Assembly (NCBI GenBank): GCA_051313645.2
Contig: JBNRSN020000010.1
Span: forward strand, 68,324,001-68,388,000
Reading direction: 5' to 3'
DNA: 64,000 bases
DNA from: Centroscyllium fabricii
Taxonomy: Eukaryota
Below the pieces are notes generated by a model, which saw only the letters and a program-made list of their open reading frames with translations, was not told where the DNA came from and searched no databases. The translations under genes were made by a program, and so were the position numbers. Shown in pieces: positions 1 to 12,799 of this stretch; position 1 is the stretch's first letter, and each line of letters opens with the position of its first letter.

Positions 1-1223
1 CGCCCAGCTTGACCGGCTGAAAACCCTCCATGATCGCCTCTGCCACCCGGGTGTCACCAGACTCGCCCACTTTGTAAAATCCTGTAGCCTCCCGTACTCC
101 ATCACGGAGATTAAGGCTATGACCAAAGAGTGCCCTGTCTGCGCCGAGTGCAAACCCCAATTTTACAGGCCAGACATGGCGCACATCATCAAGGCCACCC
201 GCCCCTTTGAACGCCTGAGTGTGGACTTCAAAGGCCCCCTCCCCTCCACTGACCGCAACTCGTATCTCCTCACGGTCATAGACGAGTTCTCACGCTTCCC
301 CTTTGCCTTCCCCTGCCCAGACATGACGAGCGAAATGGTGATAAAGCACTTCACCGCGCTGTTCGCCATTTCTGGGCTCCCCAGCTACATCCATAGCGAC
401 CGGGGGTCGTCGCTCATGAGCGACGAACTGCGTCAATTTCTGCTTCAGAAAGGGGTTGCCTCAAGCAGAACAACCAGTTACAACCCCCGGGGGAACGGCT
501 AGGTAGAAAGGGAGAACGGGACTATCTGGAAGGCGGTCAACCTGGGCCTGAAGTCCAGAGGCCTTCCAGTCTCCCGTTGGCAGGAGGTCCTCCCAGATGC
601 GCTCAATGCCATTAGCTCTCTGTTGTGTACCACTACCAATTCAACACCTCACGACCTATTATTTTCCTTCCCCTGGAAGTTGACTTCGGGGACAGCACTC
701 CCACTGTGGCTTAGAAAACACGTCCGCGGCCACAAGACCGACCCCCTGGTGGAACGGGTGCATCTGCTGCACGCCAACCCGCAGTATGCCTACGTGACAT
801 TCCAGGACGGGCGCGAGGAGACGGTATCGATCAGGGACCTGGCCAGTGTTGGCCGTGAGCGCGCTAAATGAGCGCGCGTTCACGAGCGCGTTCACATTTT
901 TGTGAACGCTGAACGAGCGCGCTCTTTCCCAGCAGCCTGAGCGAAAACGTGAGCGTCGCTCGTTTTGGAGGGAGTGAGCGGCGCTCTTCACGAGTCTGAA
1001 TCGTTGCTGCCTGGGTCGGCGTCTCCAAGCCATCGGGACGGTAAGTGTCTCTGTCTCACTGNNNNNNNNNNNNNNNNNNNNNNNNNNNNNNNNNNNNNNN
1101 NNNNNNNNNNNNNNNNNNNNNNNNNNNNNNNNNNNNNNNNNNNNNNNNNNNNNNNNNNNNNNNNNNNNNNNNNNNNNNNNNNNNNNNNNNNNNNNNNNNN
1201 NNNNNNNNNNNNNNNNNNNNNNN

Positions 1224-1388
1224 GCAAAATCTCTCTCTCTCTCTCTGTCTCACTGAGTGCTCTGCGGGGCAAAATCTCTCTCTCTCTCTCTCTCTCTGTC
1301 TCACTGAGTGCTCTGCGGGGCAAAATCTCTCTCTCTCTCTCTGTCTCACTGAGTGCTCTGCGGGGCAAAATCTCTCTCTCTCTCTCTT
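1224..1388 (+). repeat. Minisatellite, ~46-50-bp unit GCAAAA(TC)nTGTCTCACTGAGTGCTCTGCGGG, next to an assembly gap
   Basis: At least three tandem units are visible after the N run. Confidence 0.9.
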
Positions 1389-1784
1389 TAGAAAGATAGG
1401 TGCAGGAGTAGGCCATTCAGCCCTTCAAGCCTGCTCCACCATTCAATGAGATCATGGCTGATCATCCAAACCCTGTAACCCGCCCCTGCCCTCTCCCCAT
1501 ATCCCTCGATCCCGCACCGACACATATCCCACCCTATTCCCATATATTCAATCTCCCTAACACTAAGGGTAAATTTATCCTGGCCAATCAACCTAACCCT
1601 GCACAATCAACCTAACCCTGCACATCTTTGGACTGTGGGAGGAAACCGGAGCACCCGGAGGAAACCCACGCAGACACGGGGAGAATGTGCAAACTCCACA
1701 CAGATAGTACCCAAGGCTGGATTTGAACCCGGGTCTCCAGTGCTGTGAGACAGCAGTGCTAAGCACTGTGCCACCGTGCCGCCC
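1389..1784 (-). mobile_element. tRNA-derived V-SINE (HE1-like) with CR1-derived tail
   Basis: Minus strand has the A-box head GGCGGCACGGTGGCACAG, B box GGTTCAAATCC and V-domain GTGTGGAGTTTGCACATTCTCCCC. The tail is shared with the CR1 3' UTR. Confidence 0.85.
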
Positions 1785-2692
1785 TATATACTCAGCCTGT
1801 GTATATACATACAGACAGTTCTCTATATCGGATATTTGTTCCTCCTGCTTCATAATTTGCATTGAGGATGTTCTATTGAAAAATAATAGCTCGGGGCAGC
1901 GCATTAGAAGAAAAGAAAAAAAAAAACGAACTTTGAACGAGTTCATTTTTGAGCTGCGAACTTAAGTTCAAAATTCAAAATTATGAACTATGAACTTGAA
2001 CTAGTTCATTTTAAAATGACTGAACTGAACTTTGAGCTAGCTCTTGTTAAGTGTGAACTTTCCCAACACTGGACCTGGCGCCCGCCAGGAGCACTAGGGC
2101 AGAACCCCCGGTCGATCCTTAGCCCGACCAGCCACCACCCACCGAATACTGGCCCTCATACACACACACACCGGGGCCCTTGACAACACCGACTGACGAC
2201 CCAGGATCGGATACCGCGCCACCGGCACCGTTGGCGGAGAGCCCGATCCCGGCACTGCAACTGGCACCAGCACCGTTACCAGAACCCCGGCGGTCCTCGA
2301 GGCAGACACGACCGCCGGAGAGACTGATGGCGCAGTGCTAACGGACATTTAAAACATTTTCTTGTTACTGCTCCTCTCTCTCTCGTTTACCCCGCCGGAC
2401 TTATTTTTAAAGAAGGGGTGAACGTGGTAACCGTTATTACCAGCTGTATATAGTTGTGGGTTCATCGACGGGACTTGTACACTGTGGGGTCACATAACCT
2501 GTATACTTTTTGTAAGGCCAGGTCAGCCACACCTCTAACTCCTCCCCTCAGGTGGGAGCTTATAGGTGAGGGCCGCCCTGCCCCCGCTCATTCTCTTCTT
2601 GAACTCGACTGGAGACTAGCTCCATTATAATTAATAAATGCCTATAGTTAAGGTAACTACTTGTCTTTCTTGTCTTGATTGACGATACGTCA

Positions 2693-5600
2693 GCACTAAA
2701 AAGTGCTACCGCTGTGGCAAGACCACACATGACCAGAGTAGGTGTTGGGTGAAAGATAAAGACTGTAGACTGTGTGGCAAGATAGGCAACATAGCGGCGG
2801 CTTGTAGATCGGGGAAACAAGCTAAAATACCACAGAGACAACCGCAGAGACAGCCCAAACCTAGGAAAATAAATAAGATAGCGGAAGAAGATTGAGAGAG
2901 TGAATCGGAAAACCTGGACAGAGACCAGTGGGTGCTGGAATGCCTCAAGGTCCAGAACATAGGCAACCACACAGATCGGAGCATTATATGGGTTCCCCTC
3001 AAGGTCGCGGGGGTGGAAATGTCCATGGAGTTGGACACAGGGGCAGCACTATCAGTAGTGAACGAAAATTTTTATAAGAGGGCATTCAAAGGGGCACCTC
3101 TGGAAGAATCCTCAGTCATATTAAAAATGTACATGGGACAAAAATTCAGGACACTGGGGAGATTGCCCGTTACAGTTCAATACAGGGAGCAAGAGACAAA
3201 AGGACTGTACCTGTATGTCCTGAAGGATGGTGGAGCACCACTTTTGGGGAGTGAGTGGATCCGAAAGATCAACCTCGACTGGGGCACAATACATAAAGTG
3301 CAGACCTCAAACAAGACCGATGAGAATCCATCGGCAAAAAAAAAATAGCCACAATTCTGGAAAAGAACCCAGAGGTTTTCCAATCGGGCCTGGGGAAGTT
3401 AAAAAACATTAACGCAAGAGTAACCATTACACAAGGGGCAACCCCAATGTTTGCTTAGGCATGGCCAGTACCTTACACCATCAGACCGGCGGTGGAGGCA
3501 GAACTAGAAACCTTAGAAGCAGAAGTAGTTTTGTCCAAAGTTGAATGGAGTGAGTGGGCAACGCCCATCGTTCCAGTTATCAAGAGAACACAAAATAAGG
3601 AAGGGGAAAAGAAAAAAGTTTGCATTTGTGGGGACTTCAAGATGACCATTAACCCGGTCTTAAAGGTTGTACAATACCCGTTGCCTAGAATTGAGGACAT
3701 TTTTGCTTCTTTAGAAGGTGAGAAACGCTTCAGCAAGATAGACCTCTCACAAGCGTATCTACAAATGGAGGTGGAGCAGGACTCCAGGAAGCTGCTGACC
3801 ATTAATACGCAAAAAGGGTTGTACCAATACAACCGAATGGTTTTCGGCATTGCATCTGCTCCGGCCATATGGCAGAGGGCCATGGATCAGGTATTGCAGG
3901 GTAGTCCAGAGACACAATGCTACCTGGATGACATTTTGGTCATGGGCAAAACGGATGGGGAACACTTGTCCAATTTCGAGGCAGTCTTGGGAAGACTAAA
4001 GGAGTGTGGACTACGGGCCAACAAGCTGAAGTGCGAGTTCTTCAAAGACCGCATTTCATACTGCGGGCACGAAATTGACAGTGAGGGTTTACATAAATCG
4101 CCGGACAAGATTGCGGCAGTGGTAAACGCCCCAAACCCAGAAAATGTTACCCAGTTAAGGTCATTCTTAAGGCTGATCAACTATCACCATAAGTTTTTGC
4201 CCATTGAACACACTACTTCAGGCGGGAACACCCTGGAAGTGGGAGAAAGCCTGTGAAGCAGCCTTCCTAAAAAGTAAAAAGATGATCACCTCGAAAGAGG
4301 TTCTGATCCATTTTGACCCCGGTCTACCCATAAGGCTACCATGCGATGCATCCCCTTACGGCATTGGCGCGGTGTTATCACACAAATGTCCCGACTGGTC
4401 TGAAAGACCGATAGCGTTTGCCTCCAAATCTCTTACCACCGCTGAAAAGAACTATGCACAAATAGATCGGGAAGCACTCAGCCTGGTGTGGGGGGTGAAA
4501 AAGTTTCACCATTACTTACATGGCCAAAGATTTACACTACTAACGGACCACCATCTTCCATCCAGAAAAAGGGGTACCCCAGATGACAGCCCAAAGGCTG
4601 CAAAGGTGGGCACTGTTCTTGGGTGCACACAAATACACCATAGAACACAAAGGGACCAAGAGACATGGTAATGCGGACGGCCTGTCTCGATTACCCCTGC
4701 CAGAAACAGGGGAGGGGGGACAACAGGATCCCCTAGAATTATACCACATGGCAGTAGTGGAGCAGTTGCCCGTTACCAGCCAACAAATTGAAAAGGAAAC
4801 GATGAATGACCCCTGTCTGTCAAAATTGTTTATGTCGTGGTAAGGGGATGGTCCAGGGAGGACCTCAGTCTATGGCCAGAGTATGCCAACAGAAAAGACC
4901 AGTTGTCGGTCTGCCGGGGCACGTTAATGTGCGGGGCCGAGTGGTTATTCCACCAAAACTTCGTCAACAAATTTTGTTTGACTTGCACGTGGGACACTTG
5001 GGCGGCGTAAAAATGAAATCTTTAGCTAGAGCATACGTGTGGTGGCCCAGGATCGATAAAGACATTGAATAATTGGCTAAAGAGGGCACAGGGTGCAAGA
5101 TGGTTCAAAATTCACCACCCCAGGCACCCCTACACCCTTGGGAGTGGCCATCATCCCCATGGCAAAGGGTCCATATAGATTTCGCAGGGTCGTTTATGGA
5201 CGCCATGTTCCTAATTGTTGTGGATGCCCATTCAAAATGGCCAGAGGTGGTAAAGATGTCCTCCACCACAGCTGAGAAGACAATCTCAGTCCTTAGAACC
5301 ATCTTCGCCAGAAATGGCATCCCAGAACAAATCTGCTCCGACAATGGCCCCCAGTTTGTCTCTGAAGAGTTTAGAGCGTTCCTCAAAAGGAACAGGATAC
5401 GGCACTACAAATCAGCACCGTATCACCCGGCCACCAATGGACTGGCCGAAAGGTTCGTCCAAACCTTCAAGAAAGCCATAAAAGCCATGGGGGGAGTAAA
5501 GTTAGATTTACAACACAAAGTAGATAACTTTCTCTTTGCTTATAGGAACGTTGCTCACACAACGACTAACCAGACTCCGGCAGTCTTATTTCTCAACAGG

Positions 5601-6344
5601 AGATTGCGTAACTGACTAGACCTGCTGCAACCAAACATTCGACGCGATGTCGCAAATAGAATTTTCCGAAAGGCTTCTGACCGGGAAACCAGAAGTTTTG
5701 ATGAGGGCCAAGATGTCTTAATAAGAGACTATATACACGATCAATGGCAGGCTGGAACAATCAGCCATCGACAAGGGCCATTATCATATACAGTGGACAC
5801 ATCTGAGGGTCAAGTCAGACGACATGCTGACCAAATTGTAAAGGCTACGGTAGCCAACACTGATTTGCCCCAATCAATGGCGTCAACTGAACGGACAATC
5901 TCCCACGACAACACACCAGCTGAGGAGGCGCCAGATGAAGGCCCCTCGGAGGCAGACATGGATGGTGAGCCAGCCAAGACCATTGCCACGCCAGCCGCCA
6001 GAAGGCGTAACCAATGAGAGACCGCCGACCCCCACAGAAACTGAATCTCTAAATTGTCAATATCTGACATGTATAAATAGTTTTGTTAGTCCTCCCCATT
6101 TACTGATTGTTGTACCGTAAAGGTTAATTAAGAGGGGAGGAATGTGGTGTATGTCCCATTAAGGCTTATACTTTATGTAGTGCCAGGATATTGCAGTACC
6201 GCGGTTCACCACTACTGTATATAAGTTCAAGCGAGGAGCGATACGGGCAGTTCCAGATTCTGTACTGCAGAATAAACATCACTTTGGTTTTGTACCTCTG
6301 AGTCTAGTCCATCGTTATTCTTGTTAGATAGCGCGGACTTAACA
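2693..6344 (+). mobile_element. Ty3/Gypsy element (family C, Mag/K02A2.6-like): gag end, decayed pol and 3' LTR (6143-6344)
   Basis: CCHC knuckle remnant, protease LDTGA, RT CYLDDIL, RNase H CDASPYGIGAVL and integrase VHIDFAG/SDNGPQF, with several frameshifts. PPT AAGAGGGGAGGAA precedes a TG...CA LTR similar to 52154-52365. Confidence 0.9.
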
Positions 6345-6604
6345 CACGTGATCCATGGGGATGCTTCGAACTAACTACGCCCCTGGGATACGCAAGCACT
6401 GCATGCCGGCAGTTGGAGCAGGCCCAGGATCGGAATCCCACGTGGGCCCACAGCACAATGGCTGGCACGTTAGGTAAGTGCAGATCGGAGGCATGTACCT
6501 GCGGGAAGCCTCCGATCCAAATTTCTGGGCCGTTAACTCTGTTTCTCTCTCCACGGATGCTGCCTGGCCTGCTGAGTTTTTCCAGTGTTTTCTGTTGTTA
6601 TTTC

Positions 6605-7075
6605 ACCAGACTGATTTCTGGGATTGGGGATTGTCCTATGAGGAGAGATTGAGTAGACTAGGCCTATATTCTCTCGAGTTTAGAAGAATGAGAGGTGATC
6701 TCATTGAAACATATAAAATTCTTACAGGTTAGATGCAGGGAGGATGTTTCCCCTCGCTGGGGAGTCTAGAACCAGGGGTCACAGTCTCAGAATAAGGGGT
6801 CGGCCATTTATGACTGAGATGAGGAGAAATTTCTTCACTCAGAGGGTGGTGAATCAATTCTCTACCCCAGAGGTCTGTGGAGGCTCAGTCGTTGAATATA
6901 TTCAAGACGGAGATCGATAGATTTTTGGATATTAAGGGAATCAAGAGATATGAGGATAGTGCAGGAAAGTGGAGTTGAGGTAGAAGATCAGCCATGATCT
7001 TATTAAATGGCAGAGCAGGCTCGAGGGGCCAAATAGCCGACTCCTGCTCCTATATCTTATGTCCTTATGTTCTTA
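6605..7075 (+). mobile_element. CR1 LINE 3' fragment
   Basis: Encodes YEERLSRLGLYSLEFRRMRGDLIETYKI, followed by a CR1 3' UTR and TATGTTCT-type tail. Confidence 0.85.
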
Positions 7076-7141
7076 ACTCGCTTCATAAAAACATGCCTCC
7101 TCATCGGCCCTCTGGTTGTTTTTGCCAATTACCTTCATTAA

Positions 7142-8692
7142 ATAACGCCCTTATTTAAAAAGGGTAATAGACAGAAGGCTGGAAATTATAGACCAGTTAG
7201 CCTAACATCTGTGGTTGGCAAAATGTTAGAATCTATTATTAAGGAAACAGTAACAGGGCATTTGGATAAACACCATTTAATAGGACAAAGTCAGCATGGT
7301 TTTACAAAGGGGAAGTCATGTTTGACAAATTTGCTAGAGTTTTTTGAGGACATAACATATAGGGTGGATAAAGGGGAACCAGTGGATGTGGTGTATTTGG
7401 ACTTCCAAAAGGCATTTGACAAGGTGCCCCACAGAAGATTATTACTCAAGATAAAAAATCACGGGGTTGGGGGTAATATTCTGGCATGGGTGGAGGATTG
7501 GCTTTCTAACAGAAAACAGAGAGTTGGGATAAATGGTTCATTCTCAGACTGGCAGTCAGTCACTAGTGGTGTTCCGCAAGGGTCGGTGCTGGGACCCCAA
7601 CTCTTTACAATCTATATTAACGATTTGGAAGAAGGGACCAAGTGCAACATATCAAAGTTTGCAGATGACACAAAAATGGGAGGGAGGGTGATGAATGAGG
7701 AGGACATTAAAAACCTGCAAAAGGACATAGATAGGCTAAGTGAGTGGGCAGAGATTTGGCAGATGGAGTATAATACTGGAAAATGTGAAGTTATGCACTT
7801 TGGCAGGAAAAATAATAGAGCGAGTTATTATCTAAATGGAAAGGAACTGGAAAGTACTTCAGTGCAAAGGGATCTGGGGGTCCTGGTGCAGGGGACACAG
7901 AAAGTTAATATGCAGGTGCAGCAGGTGGTAAGGAAGGCCAACGGAATGTTGGCTTTTATTGCTAAGGGGATTGAGTATAAAAGCAGGGAGGTCTTGTTGC
8001 AGTTGTACAGGGTATTGGTGAGACCACACCTGGAATACTGCGTGCAGTTCTGGTGTCCCTATTTAAGAAAGGACATACTTGCTCTCGAGGCAGTGCAGAG
8101 AAGATTCACTAGGTTAGTTCCGGGGATGAGGGGGCTAACATATGACGAGAGGCTGAGTGGATTGGGCCTCTACTCATTGGAGTTCAGAAGAATGAGAGGC
8201 GATCTTATTGAAATATATAAGATTGTGAGAGGGCTTGATCGGGTGGATGCGGTGAGGATGTTCCCAATGGTGAGTGAGACTAGGACTAGGGGGCATAATC
8301 TTAAAATAAAGGGCTCCCATTTTAAAACTGAGATGAGGGGGAACTTCTTTACTCAGAGGGTGGTGCGGCTGTGGAATTTGCTGCCCCAGAGAGCTGTAGA
8401 AGCTACTACGTTGAATAAATTTAAAACTGAGATAGACAGTTTCCTGGAATTAAAGGGAATTAGGGGTTATGGTGAACGGGCTGGTAAGTGGACGTGAGGC
8501 TAGGTTGAGATCGGCCATGTCTGGTTTTTCACCTCTCCCAGGTGATTACATTGGTTTGGGCGGGGTGGAGAGTAAAAATAAAATTGAGGTTAGGATCAGA
8601 TCAGCCATGATCTTATTGAATGGCGGAGCAGGCTCGAGGGGCCGATTGGCCTACTCCTCCTCCTATTTCTTATGTTCTTATGTTCTTATGTT
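7142..8692 (+). mobile_element. 5'-truncated CR1 LINE
   Basis: Open RT-containing frame followed by a 3' UTR and (TATGTTCT)n tail. Confidence 0.9.
7211..8497 (+). CDS. CR1 ORF2 reverse transcriptase, C-terminal 428 aa (truncated)
   Basis: Motifs YLDFQKAFDKV, GVPQGSVLGP, FADD and VRPHLEYC. Confidence 0.85.
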   Translation: MVGKMLESIIKETVTGHLDKHHLIGQSQHGFTKGKSCLTNLLEFFEDITYRVDKGEPVDVVYLDFQKAFDKVPHRRLLLKIKNHGVGGNILAWVEDWLSNRKQRVGINGSFSDWQSVTSGVPQGSVLGPQLFTIYINDLEEGTKCNISKFADDTKMGGRVMNEEDIKNLQKDIDRLSEWAEIWQMEYNTGKCEVMHFGRKNNRASYYLNGKELESTSVQRDLGVLVQGTQKVNMQVQQVVRKANGMLAFIAKGIEYKSREVLLQLYRVLVRPHLEYCVQFWCPYLRKDILALEAVQRRFTRLVPGMRGLTYDERLSGLGLYSLEFRRMRGDLIEIYKIVRGLDRVDAVRMFPMVSETRTRGHNLKIKGSHFKTEMRGNFFTQRVVRLWNLLPQRAVEATTLNKFKTEIDSFLELKGIRGYGERAGKWT

Positions 8693-9349
8693 CATTGCCT
8701 CCTTTTCTAACAAATGTCAGTGGGGAACAGAGTAGAATTTAATTTTACAGATAATTGCAATCGTTGGGTTGTGCAGTTAAGGATAAAATCTTAATTTCGA
8801 AATCCACTTCCAATTTGTGTTTGCCCTTTGCTTATAATGATCAGCAGGATTTCAGTTGTACGGGTCAGATTAAAATTGATATTCTTCTATGCTTCGCAGG
8901 CAGGAAAGACTATTGCACCTCCGTCGCGGGTAAAGAATTAGCAGCTTGTGGGAATGCCAATTAGAATTGGATTGATGCCTTGGCGCTAATATTGGCCTTG
9001 CTATTGTGTCTACAGTCTTTCTTTTCTGCTAATAAGCATACTTTGGGCAGCATTCCTTGCTGATTCGAAATGCCTGGTGGCCTTTGTTCCACGTCTTTCT
9101 TGTGTGGGAAGTTGGGATTTTGAAGGACATTGAGACAATGCTGAAAACTCGCCGACGATATCTGGTGCAGACTCTTGTAAATCCTGCAATTTTTACTGTC
9201 TAAAATGGTAAAGAATAAAGATAAAATCATGACTCAGATTCCTAGAAATAGCATCTCAGTAAGCTACCAAATATAGATAAATACAGAAATCTGATGACAG
9301 ACAGATATAGAATTTCTTGTAGATCACGTAAAGTCCAACTTTTTTTGGT

Positions 9350-9462
9350 CACCTCCTTATATGGCTCGGTATTAAATTTTTGTTTTTGCTAACGCTCTTG
9401 TGAAGCACCTTGGGACGTTTTACTACGTTAAAGGAGCTAAATAAAAGTAAGTTGTTGTTGTT
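9350..9462 (+). repeat. L2-type LINE/SINE 3' end fragment
   Basis: GTGAAGCACCTTGGGACGTTTTACTACGTTAAAGG followed by a (GTT)n tail, similar to the 26484-26740 tail. Confidence 0.5.
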
Positions 9463-10283
9463 ATCCAAGGAACCCAGTGTGGAAAACCTATATTTAATTC
9501 TGCCTCAATGCAGAGGTGACTTATCCCTAATTTCTACACTGTCCCAATCTGCATCAGTGATTTTTCCACTTCCTTCACCAGACACCTTTATAGACATTCT
9601 AAGTAAGGATCCAATCACACTACAACTACAGCAGTTTTATTTTGTACTGATGTTGCAGTAAGTGCATTGGAAATATGGGGCCTCACTGCGTTTTGCTCTG
9701 GAGACAATGCAGGTCTTCGCACCCAGTTTACAGTTCAAGTTTAGCATTGGTCTGAAGTGCTTTTGGTTTGGCACTAGCGGTAAACTTGTGGAATGTGAAT
9801 GCACGGCTAGATTCCTAATTGTAGGTGTGAATTGTGGGCAGTTTGTGCCATGGGCTAAGTCTCAGTAGCAACTGGGTTTAAACTGTCCAATTCATTTCAA
9901 TTCGGATTCTTGAAGGTAGCCAAACTCTTGGACCTGGATCTGATTCTGCACATGACTAAAGAGATGAACATTTTGCTCTCTGGTGATTAGGGTCCTACAT
10001 CAAGTTAATTTGAGTAATTTCAATCCTGTTCTTTTATCATGGATCCTCAGCATAAAAATACCTATAATGCAGCACTATTTCGCATTAAATTGACAACCAC
10101 CTTCAGAGAAACATCAAGATGGCTGCAATGGGAGATAGGAAGTTACACTCATCTGCCCCTCAGATTAGAGGGGCTTCTGCTCTGCATCTCTCCAATAATC
10201 ATGTCATGAATATGACACTAGAGCAAAAAATTAGAAAATATTCCCCAGCCACCATATCACTCATCTTGATAAGCATAAAAATA

Positions 10284-10370
10284 AAACTCCAAAATGCTGG
10301 AGGTCAGGCAGCAGCTGTGGAGAGTGAAGCAGAGTTAAGGTTTCAGGTTGATGACCTTTCGTCAGAACTG
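10284..10370 (-). repeat. Penelope-type short repeat carrying a minimal hammerhead ribozyme motif (10334-10368)
   Basis: Minus strand reads GUU CUGACGA A AGGU-CAUCA-ACCU GAAA CCUU AAC. Related copies lie at 14143-14240 (+) and ~6530-6600. Confidence 0.6.
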
Positions 10371-11220
10371 ACGAGTGGAGAGTATAATGGGCAGCCATTG
10401 TGATACCTCCTGTTCTGCACTGCCGCCCATTTGGCACTGCCATTCAAGATGAATTTCTACCCCTTTAGCTTTAGTTTGCGCACAGAATAAATGGTTGTGG
10501 TGAAGCTTCTATTTCAAGGAATATAAAAAAAACCCTGCTGTTACAAAGGATAAGTTGAAAATATTTTCAGCTGATAAAATTAATTGAAAATGCCAGTTAA
10601 CATTTTTCCATGTTTAACAGTCCAGTAAATAAACTTGAGGGCGCGCAGCTTTTAAATAAATGACTGCTTCATGGCAGTTATTGTTTCCACTTAAACTCAT
10701 TATGGTTTAGTAAGGTTACCAGATTGTGATGAAGGAGGAGAGAAAGAATGACTAAGTTGTTAAATCAGTTCCAAACCCAGCTACCAGCTACAAAGCAGGA
10801 ACACTGAATGCCAGGTATTGTATTGGGATTTATTGATGTGCAAGCCAAAGAATTGTTATAGGTCACAACTAATGTTATATAAGGTCTAGGATTGCAGAAT
10901 GGTGACGTGGTCATATCCTAGTAAACACCCACTGAAATCTATTTATTGTTGAAATAATTAACCAGAAAACCCAACAGATTTATACACAAAATTCTGTAAA
11001 ACTGGATGGCCTCCTATAATCATCCACTTCATTTTTTTTTAAAGTTCAACTCGCAGGTCACTCTCCCTTATAGCCACACTCCAAAAGAGGTCACAAACAC
11101 TTTTTCACATGAGCTTCCATTCGTGGGCAGATTGAATACACTGCTAAGCTTTAATAATACCCCGATTTAATAATTTTTTTAAATTACGATCCTGAAATTG
11201 CATGAGTCACGCCGTGTCAT

Positions 11221-11631
11221 GGGCGGCACGGTGGCACAGCGGTTAGCACTGTTGTCTCACAGCACTGGAGACCCGGGTTCAAATCCAGCCTCGGTTACTA
11301 TCTGTGTGGAGTTTGCACATTCTCCCCATGTCTGCGTGGGTTTTCTCCGGGTGCTCCGGTTTCCTCCCACAGTCCAAAGATGTGCGGGTTAGGTTGATTG
11401 GCCAAGATAAATTGACCCTTAGTGTTAGGGGGATTAAATATGTGGGGTTATGGGGATAGGGTACGATATGTGTCGAAGGAGGCTAGATAGGGATCGAGGG
11501 ATATGGGGAGAGGGCAGGGGCAGGGTACTGTGTTTGGATGATCAGCCATGATCTCGTTGAATGGCGGAGCAGGCTCGAGGGGCCGAGTGGCCTACTCCTG
11601 CTCCTAGTTTCTATGTTTCTATGTTTCTATG
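11221..11631 (+). mobile_element. HE1-like V-SINE, full length
   Basis: tRNA head with A and B boxes, V domain, CR1-derived 3' end and (TTTCTATG)n tail. Confidence 0.9.
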
Positions 11632-11639
11632 TCAGTGGA

Positions 11640-12143
11640 AGCGCAGTGCAGCAGAACTCTCAGTTGCCCATGGAGAGGGTTCGGGGTGATTAACATACTT
11701 CGAGTGTGCGGCCTGTGCCTGTAAGGGCCCTTCAATGGCGCCCACATCATTCCACTGGGAGAGAAATTAGAGGGTTGCCATCTTGCTGTAGGGATGGAAC
11801 TGATACCTTTGGAAGGCGGAGGAGAAATTCTATGCATCGTTTCTGCTGCCCTTAAGCGAGCAAGTGGGGCTTTTTTGAGTCCACTCTGGGATCAATTATC
11901 ATTTCCCTGGTGCAATTTGGGGACCTTAGTGGAACTCCCATCAAAACTTGGTTTTTCGACTGCAGCACTCCTGTCCAGCTCTCATTGAATCAGAGCCATG
12001 CTTCCACCAAGAACATCATCGAGCAGACCACCAGGCTACTGAAACAACGGTTTCTCTGCCTTACCGTTCATGTGGCGCCCTCCAGTACACGCAGGAGTCC
12101 CATTTCTTGGTGGTCTGCTGCATTCTTCACAACTTGGCCATCA
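11640..12143 (+). pseudogene. PIF/Harbinger transposase (HARBI1-like) C-terminal remnant
   Basis: Frameshifted pieces SHASTKNIIEQTTRLLKQRFLCL, GALQY and VVCCILHNLAI match the DDE_4 C-terminus. Confidence 0.7.
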
Positions 12144-12146
12144 TTA

Positions 12147-12547
12147 AACATAGAAGCATAGAAGATAGGAGCAGGAGTAGGCCATTCGACCCTTCGAGCC
12201 TGCTCCGCCTTTCAATGAGATCATGGCTGATCATCCAAACTCAGTACCCCGCCCCTGCCCTCTCCCCATATCCCTCGATCCGTATCGAGCCTACACCGAC
12301 ACATATCCCACCCTATCCCCGTAACCCCACATATTCAATCCCCCTAACACTAAGGGTCAATTTATCCTGGCCAATCAACCTAACCCGCACATCTTTGGAT
12401 TGTGGGAGGAAACCGGAGGACCCGGAGGAAACCCACGCAGACACGGGGAGAATGTGCAAACTCCACACAGATAGTCACCCGAGGCTGGATTTGAACCCGG
12501 GTCTCTAGTGCTGTAAGGCAACAGTGCTAACCACTATGCCACCGTGC
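12147..12547 (-). mobile_element. HE1-like V-SINE
   Basis: Reverse complement of the 11221-11631 structure. Confidence 0.9.
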
Positions 12548-12799
12548 AGTCCTTCCCATCAGGAATTGCAGGACCACCTCAGGGGAGGAGGAGGAGAAGG
12601 AAGAAGAGGAAGAGGACTAGGAGGGAGGGAGGAGGCAGGCAGCCAATCTCCCTTCCGACGGATTGTCCGTGAATCCCTCATCAGACTCTAATTCCAATGA
12701 ATGAAACCCCAGATCCCTGTTACTCACTACATCCCCATCATACTATCACGGAATGTATTCCCCTGGGCACAAAGCTGAAATGGGTGCCCTTTCCTGTCC

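Larger units (their letters stand above)
844..2071. mobile_element. Non-autonomous hAT-superfamily DNA transposon
   Basis: 9-bp TIR CAGTGTTGG...CCAACACTG, 8-bp TSD GACCTGGC (836-843 and 2072-2079), and subterminal GAAC/GTTCA repeats at both ends. Contains an N gap (1062-1223), a minisatellite and a SINE. Confidence 0.85.
1..2692 (+). mobile_element. Ty3/Gypsy LTR retrotransposon (family A), 3' part: decayed integrase, PPT and 3' LTR (2423-2692), interrupted by a hAT element
   Basis: Integrase core (FERLSVDFKGPLP...IHSDRG...YNPRGNG) with stops. It resumes at 2072 after the insertion. PPT AAAGAAGGGGTGAA precedes an LTR ending GACGATACGTCA, homologous to the element at 18487-23140. Confidence 0.9.

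Noticed and set aside
965-1449. ORFs spanning the N run
   Set aside because: Artefacts of the gap and the TC-rich minisatellite.
11221-11295. tRNA gene
   Set aside because: It is the tRNA-derived head of a SINE, with no complete cloverleaf.
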